In this document: positions 13,961 through 26,727 of the stretch, one piece after another
Layout: every line of letters starts with the position of its first letter
Position numbering within the stretch: position 1 is the stretch's first letter
Source: Camelus dromedarius
Lineage: Eukaryota
NCBI RefSeq assembly: GCF_036321535.1
Contig: NC_087437.1
Coordinates: 88,476,001 to 88,540,000, forward strand
Length of the DNA: 64,000 nt
Direction of reading: 5' to 3'
The notes under the pieces: model-generated
What the model was told of the DNA's origin: nothing
Database searches by the model: none
What the model saw: the letters and a program-made list of their open reading frames with translations, nothing else
Position numbers and translations under genes: made by a program

Positions 13961-14759
13961 ATTAATTTTTAACCTTTCATTTGGATGTGTGATATCATGT
14001 AAACATACCAACAATATATTTATTTATCTAAAAGAATTAGAGCTCAACTAATACCACAAATTTAGTCTGTGTAATTCCATGTACTGGAAATTTAAATATT
14101 ATGACTTAATAGCTTAATCAATTTTACCAATTGACATCTAAAACAAGTCCAGAGAAAAAAATAATTACTCAATTAAGTTTAAGAATTAATTCATTTTCCA
14201 TTGAGTTTAAATATGTATGTAGTATGAAGAGATCACCTTATACATTTGCTTAAAAGTATTTCTGTTTTCATTAGTTATTTCCAAGGGTTAAATTCTGAAT
14301 CAAAAAATTCCCATACCATCTTTCTGCATCTGCTGTTATACCAACTTAGAAAGTCCTATAATCTTCTCTCCTTATCCATCCACAAGAGAGCTCTTTTTCA
14401 AAGCTCAAGAAAGTGCCACACCTTTAGTAAATGTTTCCCCTAATCACTGTAAATCACAATGCCACACACATGTAGTAGAGTACAAACATCATTTTGTTCT
14501 CTAAATCAGTTTTCTCCTGGGTATTAAATCTTGTGTAAATATGCTGTAACTTCAATTTTTAATAAATTGCTTTCTCATTTGCAACGGCCTGAACGTAAAA
14601 CCAAGAACCTGATATGCATACAGTAAATTTTTAATAAATTTCATCGAACATTAATTAGAGTGTGCTGGAATTTCACCAGTAGTTAAAAACTAAAACTCCA
14701 ACCTATAATAAGAATGACTATGTGCATACATTTTTGTTCGGCAAGATGCTTCTTTGCCT

Positions 14760-16980
14760 TTTTGTGGGTATAATTTATACAGAGTGAAATGCACAGATCT
14801 TAAGTTTGATGAGTTTTGACAAATGCATACGCTCATATAATCCACGCCTTTACCCCTAAAAAGATGTATATATTTCTATCACTCCAGCTAATTCCCTTAT
14901 GCACCCCCTGCAGAGGCAACTACTATTCTTATTTTTATCACCATAGATCACTTTTGACTGTTCCAGAACGTCAGACACACAGAATTATACCATATGTAGT
15001 GTTTCGTACTCTCTCAGCATGATGTGTTTTGAGATTCATGCCTGGTATAATCTGTTCTATTAATCTGTTCTATTTTATTGCTGAGGAAAATCTCATCATA
15101 CAGATGTGCCACAAATTTGCTTCTCCATTTTCTTATTGATGTTCATTTGGGCTTTCCAGTTTGGGCTATTAAGAATAAAGCTGCTATGGATACTTTTGTG
15201 TCTTATTTTGGGACAGATGTTTTTATTTATCTAAGATATCCTAGATACACCTACAGAAAAATTGCTGGGTCATAGTATGGATCTAAATTTAACTTTATAA
15301 TAAACCACCAAACATCTTGTAAAATGGTTACTATTTTGCATTTTTAAAGTGATGCTGGGGATTTGAGTTGTTCAGCATCTTTGATAACATTCAATGTTGT
15401 CAGTCCTTTTAATTTAGCCATTCTTGCAAGCGTGCACCAATGTCTCACTGTGGTTTGAGTTTGCCTTTTCCTGATGACTGATTCTATTTTCATATACTCG
15501 CTGGCCATTTTCACATGTTTTCATTTCATATGTACATGACAATTTAGATATCCTCTTGTATAAAAGGTGTTCAAGTCTTTGCGGTCGAACTTGGGTTTCT
15601 TTTCTCACCGACTCGTACGAATATTTGCACTTCCAACAAAGCCTCTCCTTAGAAGTTTTGCAAATGTTTTGTCATACTCTGTGAGTTGGCTTTTCACCCT
15701 GCTAATGCCTTTTGATGAATAGAACTTCTTAATATTAATAGAAATTTATCGTTCTGCTCTTTGATGACTTGTGCTTTTTGTCTCTTGTTCAAGAAATCTT
15801 TATTTATGGTTATGAAGTGAGTCTCCCATGTTTTACTCCAAAAGATTTTTGTTTGTGTTTATTCCCCACCTAGATCTGTGATCAATCTGGAACTGATTTT
15901 TTTTTCCTTTTTTTTGTAAAGGGTTATGTAGGAGTCATGATTGTTTTCCATATGGATATCCAATTGTTCCAACACTATTTGTTGAAAAGTTATCATTTTC
16001 CCTCCAAACTTCACTGATACTTTGCCATAAATTATGTGACAGTACATATGTGGATCTATTTCTGGGCTCACCTTTCTAACCTGTTGGTCATTTTGTCTTT
16101 TACTGCTGTATTTTATTTTATTGTCACTTAATGCCCTTTTGATTTTTTAATATATTTTTATTGACCTATAGTCAATTTACAATGTTGTGTCAATTTCTGG
16201 TGTACAGCACAATACTTCAGTCATATAGGAACTTATGTATATTCATTTTGTCTTTTACTGTTTTAAACACTATAGCTTTCTCATAGTTTTTGTTATCTGG
16301 TGGTAGAAGTCCTTCTTATGCTGTTCTTTTTCAAATTGCCTTGACTATTCTTACCTTTTACATATCTTTATGAATTTTTAGAGTTATTACTGTCAATTTA
16401 AAAAAACAAAAATTTGTTAGGTCCCTCATTAGAATTGCATTGACTCTAGAGATTAATTTGGAGAAAACTAACATCTTTACACTACTGAGTTTTCAATCCA
16501 GGAACAGAATAAGCTAACTGTAGCTACAATATTGCTATGTTATAACAATCCCAAAATTCAGTGTTTAAAAACAAAACAAAACATTCATTTATTCTTATAG
16601 ATGTTGTTGTCTATTGGGGAGGCTGTGGTGACTGGAGTGGGTCATCACCATGTGAGTCTGATCCACATGTTTCTCCATCTTCTTGAGCCTGCTCCCCTCG
16701 CCTCTCATTCTGCTGGGACAGGTATGTAGACCAGGGTGTGGCCTTCTCAAGGCAATGGCAGAATTTCGAGTACAATGCCAATTGCACAAGTGTATTTCAA
16801 GCTACTGCTTGAAATCTACCAGCTAATATCATATTCACCCAAATAAGTCATTTGGATAAGCCCAGAGTGTAGGATGGAAACATATGCTCCACCTTTGGTT
16901 GGGGTACAGCAAAGTACATAGCAAAGTGTTCTGGCATCAGGTTGGGTGAGTACTTGGGTCTAATCTAGGAAATGTGTCAC
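14760..16980 (-). mobile_element. Old L1M 3' region followed by an MLT1-type LTR (~16510-16980)
   Basis: Degenerate ORF2 similarity on the minus strand (ORF 15859-16071, SPEIDPHMY). Confidence 0.75.
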
Positions 16981-17985
16981 TCCAGGCAAGCTGAGAATCC
17001 TGTTTCTCTGACTAAGATTTGGTGTTATCAAAGCTGCAAAGTCCTTGGTGAACGAAATGTTCCAATCTTCTTCTCAGGCCTCACTGTACCTCTGAATGTG
17101 TGTTTCACAAATAGAGTTCACATTTCCTCAGCTCTGCTCCACTTTCTCACAAAAGTCCTGAAAAAGGCAGAGTGAATATACCAAATTTCAAACATTTCCA
17201 ACCCACTTAGCTTCTGCCTGCTGGCCCTCTTTTCCTAACTAGATTCAAACCAGAGGTTTAATTGCTAGACAAGGACAAGGGATTACACATCTTCAGGTGG
17301 TCTTTATTTCTAGTCTACCTCCTCTCTGATTTCAGTGCTCATTCACAAAATTTTTCCTTTAAGATACCCTTGTTCTCATTCAGGTCACTCATGTAAAAAT
17401 CATTGCAGCATTTTTTGCTGTAGTGGAATCGTGGAATGGATGCAAATTCTTATTTTGAATACTATGAAATAGTCTTTAGCAATAGAAATCAACAAATATT
17501 ATCTACATATATCAACATATATAAATATCAAAAATACAGTGTTGAATAAAATAAAACTGAACTGCAAAAGGATATACTCAGTATGCCATTTATGTACATT
17601 TAAAAAATGTAAAACACAGTCTACCTTGTGAACGGATGTTAAAACCGAAAGTCATGTATGCAAACACCACCCACCAACTCCAGGGCCCTGATCTCACGTG
17701 AGGAGAGCAGTGGACTGAAGGATGGATTCATGGAGCATGGCTGTTTCTTTAGTGTTTTTAGTTTTTAAACAACATAAATAAAAAACAAACAAGAGAGAAC
17801 ATCTCTTAGATAGTGGGGGGCCAGAAGACACATCGGTATTTTTCATAAGTTTATATTTTCTCTAGGTTTGAAATACTTAATTAAGGGATTAAAATTTTGA
17901 AAACTAAACATTTTAGGCATGATTCTGTAATTGTGCTTCACCTCCTTTTTTGCAATACTCACTACTAATCAGCACAAATCCCTAG

Positions 17986-18050
17986 ATGGTCATTGGTTCT
18001 TCGATTATATAACTTTAATTTGGATCTTCCTTTATAATCAGAAGATGGTG
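17986..18050 (+). CDS. Exon 5 (phase 2-1)
   Basis: tactaat branch point then ccctag| ; WSLVLRLYNFNLDLPL*SEDG; donor GTG|gtgagc. Confidence 0.75.
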
Positions 18051-18261
18051 GTGAGCTGAGTATTCTTTATGGAGAGCAGAGTAGTGTGACATTAAAAACT
18101 ATCCAATATCCTGTTGGTGTACAGCTAAGAACACTACAGCTATTTTGGAGTCCTACTTTGAATAGGACATGAAATATTTCTTCTGACTGACACACACTTC
18201 ATTTGTCAGTGAATGTTTTATGGTTGGATGTACAGTACTAATTTTTTTCATAATTTGCCAG

Positions 18262-18384
18262 TGCAATATATTCAGTCATACCATGCACAGTTAAACAGAT
18301 TTGAGGCTTGAATTTTCTGTGAATGTTGGCAAGCCTTTTCATGAGTAGATGGAAGCTTGGCTCAATATTATGTACAGTGAGGAG
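18262..18384 (+). CDS. Exon 6 (phase 1-1)
   Basis: tttgccag| ; QYIQSYHAQLNRFEA*IFCECWQAFS*VDGSLAQYYVQ*G; donor GAG|gtgcgg. Confidence 0.75.
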
Positions 18385-19244
18385 GTGCGGTTCCATGGAG
18401 AGTTCCTGCGTGGTGTTTTGTCTAGTCCTCTCATGCTGCAGTCTCCCTTCTACAGGGGTCTAAAGTCTCTTCCTGAATAGGAGGTAGTTATTGGGGGAGA
18501 CTTGATAACTGTTAAGTCATTTAAAAAATTTTTTGTTGCGTTTTAATAGAACCAAACTAGTTATAGAAGGCTTTCAAAAATGTTGTGGAGTAAATGGATA
18601 GATAAATTAACAAATGATTTAAGATACTTTTTGGATTATTAGTACTGAATATACTTTGTACTGAATATTATTTATTGTAAATGGGTTATTTTTAACAATA
18701 TGGAATGACTATTTAAGAGGGAAATTTATCCATCATCACCATAGCACCACAAGTATATGAAGAGCCATAATTGTTGTGAACATTTTATAGTTTGTAAGAT
18801 TTATTTAGTATTCTGTTTCATAGTTTCTTAAAATATATTTTAATGTCAATTTTTTTATTCTGTTGATTGACTAGATTGGCTAAAATACAATTTAGCTAAA
18901 CATCCTCCAACTTTTAATTTTCTTTTTAAATCACATGCATTTTCATTTTTAAATATAATAGTATTTCATCAGTATGAAATTATCAGGTGTTCTACATAAG
19001 TAAAATTTTCCAAATACTGAGGCATATGAACTCTAGTACCCACTTTTTTTTTTTTTTGTATTTTATCTGGGTTGAATTAAAATAGCTCTAAAATGTTCTA
19101 TGCCCTTTGATGCATCCTCAGAATGAGGCTATGAGCCTATTTTCTTGATAATTTTACATGATCTTTTAAGCAGCTATAATTGTACTGTGTAAATTAGCAA
19201 TTCTGTTCTACTTTTTAATTTTTTTCTCACTCTGCCTTTGTCAG

Positions 19245-19364
19245 GTTGTTCTTGATGTGATTTTTGTTAATTCTATCCAGTGCTACCTGACTCACTTTCT
19301 GTTTGCTGCTAATTTACTTTGGGCTGAAGGAACAGATAGCAAATCTTATTATGGTTGTACACGA
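19245..19364 (+). CDS. Exon 7 (phase 1-1)
   Basis: Strong pyrimidine tract then tcag| ; CS*CDFC*FYPVLPDSLSVCC*FTLG*RNR*QILLWLYT; donor CGA|gtaagc. The phase-0 frame is stop-free but does not fit the neighbouring exons. Confidence 0.75.
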
Positions 19365-19734
19365 GTAAGCGTCCATATGGCAATGTTTGAGGAGAGTTTA
19401 TGAGCAAATATCACAAGATATTTGTCACTATTTTGGGGGTCACCTTTTTGACTCTCATGTTCAGAGATTGCTCTAAAAAAGGCCTGAAGAAGTTTTAAGC
19501 ACTGATAAAAGGTTTTGAAATAGCTTATAAAAAAAACTGCATAGATTCCTCATTGCCCTTTAATAATTATTATACATGTACCAGCAGTGTGTACAGCTAA
19601 ACTGGAACATTCTTAGTTAGCACAATGTCTTTATAGGAAAGTTATCAAGATGCTATTTGATAAGACTGTAGGTGCTGTGATATTTAAAATCTATTTATTA
19701 TTTTCACATGATTATGGGCCATGTAATTTCCAAG

Positions 19735-19910
19735 GAAATCCACTGCACACTGTGACTGTAAAATGCTCTTCAGTTTGACTGCCGCCTACATTTGATGCAT
19801 TTTCCTCTGTTATTGCCCTGGCAATTCTAGAAGTGAGATATCACCAACATAAATACTTCTACCACATCAAACTACCAACTGGATGATACCTTAGCTTTAA
19901 AAAATAGAAG
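19735..19910 (+). CDS. Exon 8 (phase 1-0)
   Basis: tttccaag| ; NPLHTVTVKCSSV*LPPTFDAFSSVIALAILEVRYHQHKYFYHIKLPTG*YLSFKK*K; donor AAG|gtattc. Confidence 0.75.
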
Positions 19911-20040
19911 GTATTCTTTAAATTTATTTAATGCAATAAAAGTCTGGGATTTAAAACATGGTTAGAAAGGCTGTAAATAAGACTTTTTCTGGTAAAAACT
20001 CCAGAAAAATAAACTTGTTTTCTTTTTTCTCTATATTTAG

Positions 20041-20222
20041 TCAATTATTTCATATGATGTTTTTCATATGCTATTAAGCAGAATGGGTAAATAGTGATTC
20101 TCTGATTTGGAAGATCAGATCAATCCAATCACTAAACTATGACACCTTACATTTCTTTGAACTTGAATATTTTTGAATAACTATTTAGAATGTCCCAAAA
20201 GTTTTGAAAATTAAGAAAAAAG
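20041..20222 (+). CDS. Exon 9 (phase 0-2)
   Basis: ttttctctatatttag| ; SIISYDVFHMLLSRMGK**FSDLEDQINPITKL*HLTFL*T*IFLNNYLECPKSFEN*EK; donor AAG|gtagga. Confidence 0.7.
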
Positions 20223-20926
20223 GTAGGAAGAAAATATGTGCATGGGAAACCATGAATACACTATGATGGCATAGGAAGTCATTCTGGATGTAGCTATGTA
20301 AGCTCCCCCACCAAAACAGGGCTTTTTCTTGGACCTGCTTGGACCAGGGCTGGAGAGGGAGAGAGAGGGTGTAAGTCAGTCCCCCTTCCTAGATGGTCTA
20401 AGTGAACACACAACTTCAAAATGAGCTTCTTTATATTTCAACACGTCTCCCATGACTGAAACTAGAGAAGCAAGAAAAATAGTCTCCCACCAATTATCTC
20501 TGGCTCTAAATCCAGAGTAAGACTAAATTTAACTGGGGTTATTTTTAGTGCCTCTTCTTCCCTCATTTATGGCCCTGGCTTTTACCAGGAAGTCCACGAA
20601 ATCCTCAGACTGACTTTTAGTCTTTATTTCCTCAGTGCTGAGCCCCTTCTGGTCTTACCCTCCCCATACACCTCAAAGCTACAGATTTTTCCTTTTATCC
20701 TCTCTGTTACTCTTAACTTTTAGTCCATTGTCTTTGGGTAAGGTTGTTACAGTGGATGGACATGAAATGATCCATGAATTCCCTAAATTGTATTGAATTC
20801 TGTGTGTATGTGTGTTTGTTGTGTATCTATATATATTTGTCCATTATTCTAAGAAACTGCTTATAGTATTCATCATATTTTCAAAGAAAGCCATAACCAT
20901 GAAATGACTGAGAGATACCCTTTTAG

Positions 20927-21017
20927 GTGACAGCCAACTATCATTGAATGTGTTACATTAACAAACTGGCATTTATTTTGAGACTTGAAGAAATCTCTCT
21001 TAATTGTGAGATATCTG
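20927..21017 (+). CDS. Exon 10 (phase 2-0)
   Basis: cccttttag| ; *QPTIIECVTLTNWHLF*DLKKSLLIVRYL; donor CTG|gtaagt. Confidence 0.7.
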
Positions 21018-21576
21018 GTAAGTTGTAAATGTGCATATGTTTGTCCAATTTGAAGACATTTACTACTTATTCATTGCTTTGATTCAACTAATGTAGAATA
21101 CAGAAAATCTGGTAAAATTGCTAGAGTGCAATGCTAAAGAAAGTACAGTGAAATTATGTTTATGACAGGAGGCAACTCCTTTTGAATGGTGATACGACAA
21201 TTCACTTAAGGGGCTCAAAACAAAGTTTATAGCATTTGAACCCCACTGCTTCTGGAAATGCTCCCTAAAGAAAAACTCAGATATAAAAGAAAAAATCTGT
21301 TTACAAGAATATGCTCATTCAGGGGTTATTCATTATAGAATAAATACAAGTAATTTAAATATACAATAAGAATAGATTGTTTAGTTATATTAAAGTTATA
21401 AAGTATGAGATATTAAAATAGTAATTATGAAAGTATGAAGACTGTAAATGAAATCAGAATTTTTGAAGCTAAGCTTATTCTTTTCTATTAAGCTATCTGT
21501 TGCTATTAGAATCAATTGATTCACAATGTATTGTCCTTGGGTTTTCCATGCATTTCCTACTATGCCATGGTTACAG

Positions 21577-22049
21577 TCATTGGACTCCCCAAACCTGGAC
21601 TTCAAGGGGTACTTTATGTCAGCTAAATATAATTTCATTACTTATCTCATTTTCTTAATATTAGCTGGATTAAAAATATCAGATGAGTTATCCTTTACAT
21701 TTGAAGCACAAATAAAAGCAAATATCTTACACATACAGCCTCAGCAAACAGTGTTAATTTGCTTATGGCTATGAATAAGAGAGAAAAATATGAATCGAAA
21801 CATAAGCCGGTAAATTTTACCAATGGCATCAATACTGGAAACCTAAAAATTAAAATCATCAATAAAGGATGAAGGGGGAGTTTCTCAAAGATGTCTTTGT
21901 ACTTTTTGCTCCCTGAGGAATGAGGAAAGGCAGAGAAGGCTTTTTGTTTATGAACTGCAGGTACCATGATGAGGCAGCTCCACTCCCCTGACAACTAGAA
22001 TAGGTTAGCTCCTGATTACTAAACTTGTCTCACAAACAAGATAAATTAG
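21577..22049 (+). CDS. Exon 11 (phase 0-2)
   Basis: ttacag| ; 65 open codons SLDSPNLDFKG..., then 7 stops, ending ...LVSQTR*I; donor TAG|gtgagc. Confidence 0.7.
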
Positions 22050-22979
22050 GTGAGCAAATAATTATCAGAATCCTGCTGTTAATGAGTGGGTCTTAAGAAT
22101 AAGGAAATCAGAAAAATAAAGCATTACAAAAATAAAAACAGTTACCAGTGTTTGCTCTAATAGCCTTGGTGAGATGGACCAAGGTGCTACAGACTTGGTG
22201 CTGGAAGAGGGAAGAGATAAAAAGTAAGAAGGGGAGCTGATAAGCGGGGACTTTCTGCTCAGTTAGATGTCACCCTGAGATCTCGCTTAATCTTTTGACT
22301 TTCTGCTGAACAGTCCAGGTACACAGAAAAAAACAAGTCATAAGAGAGATAAAATTTAAATTTTATCTGTCACTGGCCACCACCTCTTCACCCTCTTCAC
22401 AGAGAATTCCCGGTACAGAGAATTATGTCTGGAGATAGACTCTTGATGTGACTGAAGCCTCCTCCACCCCGTCTATCTCATAAACATGCCTTTGTAATTT
22501 TGAGGGGTGACATTTCAAAAGTGTTTAAATAAATGGGGATGCTAAAAAGATGTGAGGTAAGCATTTTTAGCCCTGCCCTTAGTTCCTGTAACTATTGAAA
22601 GATGTGAGTTTTATGTCTGAAATAGCTTTCCCTTTGCTCTAGCATATCTGCAGTTAAATTGTAATTTTCTTTCCTATAACTCCCTAGTTAGACAGACATA
22701 AGAATAGCTGCTACTCAGAAAGCATACATCACTATTTGGGCTGAGGTGAACAGTTAAACCCTATTCAAGGTTTTCTTATGTGAGTCCATGGCTTTATTGA
22801 GCTGCCGATTCTCTGCTTCTAGGGATTTTGTTAAATGAGAAAAATAACCTCCATTTAAAAAGCCACTTAGACATACTTTCTGTTACTTGCATTCAAATAA
22901 GTACCATCAGATTAATGAACTCTATTCTAAAAAGATGTTAAAAAAAAAAAAAGAAAAGAAGTTTTCCCGTAATTTCCAG

Positions 22980-23515
22980 GCCTTACATTGGAAACATTTT
23001 GCAATTCGGAGAACTCCAAGCCTGCATGATCCCCACTGGAAGAGCCCCAACAAGGAGGAAATGGCATTTTTGAAGCCAAATATTGTAGATATCATCAAAA
23101 AATATGTATTAAGAGAGAACCGAGATTGCGGCAACACTTACTGATAACAAAACACAAGGTCACCATCCTCAGCTTTTAGAAATTAATGAAAGCCTGAGGG
23201 AGCACACAGCAAATTGATATTTGGAGACTGCAGGCAGTCACAGAGCCTCTAAGCGTGGATGGGAGCAGGGAGAATCTGGATGCAAACTCATTAGCACAGA
23301 AGATGCTGCTTAGAATTCTGGGGGTGGAGGGGAAAGAAAAATATGTTTATAAGATAAAAGTGTTTTCTTGGAGGAGTTTCACTGAAATGCCAATTCCATA
23401 ATGATACTTTTGGACACTACAGGCTGGAGAAGATATTGCTTGGAATTAAATTTTTCAAAAAATCAAAATTTGTTTCTATATTTATCTTTACCAATACACT
23501 AAAAGCTTTTCCGGG
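22980..23515 (+). CDS. Exon 12 (phase 2-1)
   Basis: tttccag| ; PYIGNILQFGELQACMIPTGRAPTRRKWHF*SQIL*...LPIH*KLFR, 8 stops; donor GGG|gtaagg. Confidence 0.7.
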
Positions 23516-25220
23516 GTAAGGTTCTTATCTTGTTCATTATTATATCATTGATATTTATAACCATCTCTGATATAATAGTGATTATCCAAAAAATGTTGTG
23601 GATGAACAGACTGGACTCTGAAAATCCTTCAAGGTATTTTGTGGGTCCATGCCTTCCCTGGGGCTCTCCTGATTAGTTGTCATAGCCAACTCTTCCTTCT
23701 CTAAACTCTTATCAGTCTAAACCACATATGTAATCATAAATGTATATTTTGTTTAATTATTTTATTATGTTTCAATTTTACACCAACTAAACTGTTAGAT
23801 CCTTAAGGAAAAGGATCATGTCATAATTTTCTTGGTTGTTAGACTGAAACTCTGGCAACATTCAGTAAATTCTATGTCTTCTGTTCAACCTTTGCTAATT
23901 TCCTCAGGCTAAGCAAAACAAAATGATTGCCTACTAGTCACCAAATCACTTAGTTCAAAATTGCATTTCTGTCTTCTTGGCTTACTTTTTATCTCCTTGA
24001 GGGTGGATATTTTAGAAAGCATTTCCTTGGTTGGATAGCAAAACTGAACTAGAAATAGCTTCAGAAAAAAAAAAAGAATATATTGTAGAGTGCTTAAATA
24101 TCTCACATGGCCCAAGGAAGAAATGAGGCTGGACTTTAGGAATAAATAACTGACATTAAGGCTGCTAGGTGCCTACAAAAAAGACTCTCTCCAAATCTTA
24201 AATTATTTTATCCTGGATGTCCTCTGAATGTCCATCTCATTTTAATTGCCTTTTTCCAGTGCTCTAATCTACGTGATACAGATTTGGCTGTGAACATTTC
24301 TGACCCTTTAAATCTTATGATTCCAGTAACACAAAATTTGATTTAGGGTGCCTTACCTTGTTTCCAGTCCCATATTCCCAAGGAAAGGATTCACTGGCCC
24401 CAGTAATTCTTATTGTTTCAATCTACTATGACCTAAGGGTAGGGTCACACTGTGACATGACTGCTCCCTCTGGAACTTTTTTTCCCAGAAGTAAAGAGCA
24501 TTGCTGACATTAAGAGAGAAAAACAATTAAGATGTATTTTTTTCCCTAAATGGATTTTCCATAAAGTCCAACACATTGTCTCACTGGCTCTCATCAAAGG
24601 CAATAGTCTGAAAGAGTTATCTCTATTCTTTCTGATTCATTTTGGTTTCTTAATCTGACTCCTTCCAATTTTTAATGTTTTAAATTTCTAATTTTCTTAA
24701 CAATGTAAAAAGTAGTATATGCCACTAATTAACTTACTCCATTCATATTTCTATTAATTATTTCCAAATGTGTAGTAGATTTTACAGTAGACTTTATATT
24801 ACAATAAAAATATCTGTAGATCAGTGCATAGAAATTGTTCACAGCATTTATACTAATGTCCAGATTTGAAAGAGTGATATGTTACTTTTTAAAACTGAAA
24901 ATAATAGCCCCTCTTGAAAAATTTCCACAAAACTCAGCAGTAGCATACTTAGTATAATCCCATCTATTGACAACGACTTTTTTCTTATTGATTTTCTATA
25001 AGACGAAAGTTCTGTTCTAGTTCAAATGTATTCCAACCTAAAATGACCCCCAAAACAAAAACAAACCTTTCTCATTTTGTCTGTTTCCCTTTATATCTAT
25101 ATATGTCTTTAGAATAATTGAATTGATATTTGTGTCTAGTCTGAATTTTAGAAGGAATAAAAGATGAGCCAAAATAAAGCAACACAGGAGATTTTTTTCT
25201 TCTATTTTTTTTTTAAATAG

Positions 25221-25568
25221 AGGCTTTTATTGAAAAAGGAAATGCATCATGAAAATAATCAGCAGCTGAACAGCTGAAGGAAGTGAGAGACGTGCTGAGG
25301 TGGCAAAATCAATCCCTGGCATGATCTGTGGATTTTTATTATGTCCTTGCCTTTTTCACTTATTAATTGGTACCGGCTCACCTCCCAGCTGAGACTACAA
25401 GGAAGCCAGGAGAAATTTTCTATTTCTTTTGCAAACCAAAATTTCATTGTTTGGAAGGATGAGGAAACACATTTTGACCTATTGATAAACTTTAATTAAT
25501 TCCTAAGCACAGTAATCACAGTGATACAAACATGAAGGAAAGTATTCAACACTTCCCCCCATGTACAG
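25221..25568 (+). CDS. Exon 13 (phase 1-1)
   Basis: Poly-T tract then aaatag| ; AFIEKGNAS*K*SAAEQLKEVRDVLRWQNQSLA*..., 7 stops; donor CAG|gtaatg (alternative phase-1 donors at 25512, 25521, 25542). Confidence 0.7.
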
Positions 25569-26727
25569 GTAATGACTTTGCTTCCTATCTCACTGAGAAA
25601 ATAGAGGCAATCAGAAGAGGATATATTTGTTTCTGCCATTCAAACACTCACTACCTCCAGCGTCCCAGTGTCCCCTACTTCCCCTACCTCCCGTACACGG
25701 GATTGGATAAAATCTCTGTGTTATAAATAAACCAAACACTTCACTTATATACTAGGTACTGTTCCTTCCAGCCCACTCAGGGATATTACTCTAGCAAGTT
25801 TCTTGTCTCTCCTACATCATCAGTTTTTCTTTGCTCTATAACCATTTCCCTCAGCATTCCAATGGATTTTTAAATATCTTTTCCTGACCATATCCTCCTT
25901 CAGCTCCTGTTTCCTTTCTCTGCTTCTATTTCTTTTCATTGAAGTATAGTTGATTTACAGTGTTGTGTGCTTCTATTAAATAATGGTCATTGAAAATTAT
26001 ATAATGTTAGCTATGTGTCAGACACAGCTATAAGAGCTTTACATATTTTAATTCTTTTAATTCACTTGGTTACTCAATAATATTATTAAGAATGAGAAAA
26101 ATTTATTTTACAGATGAGAAACCAAGGCAGAGACAGAATGAAAAATGTATACATCACACAGTTAGTAGGTGGTAGAGGCAGGATTTAAATCCAGGCATCT
26201 TGGCTTTGAGTCTGTCCTCTTTTGTATTATACTATTTTTAAGCAAAATTCCAAGAAAAACTTGCCTATACTGACTATCTCCAGTAAATCCTCTTTCTGTG
26301 TAGTCTTGAGTCACTTTAGTCCAGCTTTATCCCTATCACTCATTGAAATTGTTTTTGTCCATCAATGACCTAAATTTTTAAAAATTCATGTTCATTTCTC
26401 AGCCCTCATTTTTTGTGATCTCTCAACACTGTTTGACACCTGGCCACTCCCACCCCACCCTCTCACTTGGCTTCTAGGATTCCACCACATTGACTGCATC
26501 TTATTCCTACTACTGGCTGCTCCTCCCCAGCTCCCCCATCCCCTTTGTGATTTGACTTTCATCCGTCATGACTCTCAAGATCCAGTGCCCACGGGCTCTG
26601 TCCTTGACTTTCTTCTCTATCTCAGCAGATCCTCAGTGACACATTCAGTGTCATTGCTCCAAATACTATCTACTTACAAGCTGATGATGCACAAATTTAT
26701 ATCTCTAGCTCAAGTCTTTTCACCAAG
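25569..26727. mobile_element. L2 fragment with nested MIR, filling intron 13
   Basis: atgactttgcttcctatctcactgagaaaatagaggcaatcagaag ... tgatgcacaaatttatatctctagc. Confidence 0.7.

Noticed and set aside
17986..19364. +1 frame of exons 5-7 with only 2 stops (MEAWLNIMYSEEVVLDVIF...)
   Set aside because: It needs two compensating frameshifts to join exons 4 and 8; not fully excluded without orthologs.
18262..19364. Deaminase motif in the cryptic protein (HAQ...CSxCDFC)
   Set aside because: No HxE, and the Cys codons are likely encrypted Arg; no editing enzyme can be supported in this window.
22887..23144. Stop-free ORF (ALHWKHFAIRR...GNTY*) as a terminal exon
   Set aside because: The phase-2 frame fits exon 11 upstream and the strong donor at 23516 with exon 13 downstream.
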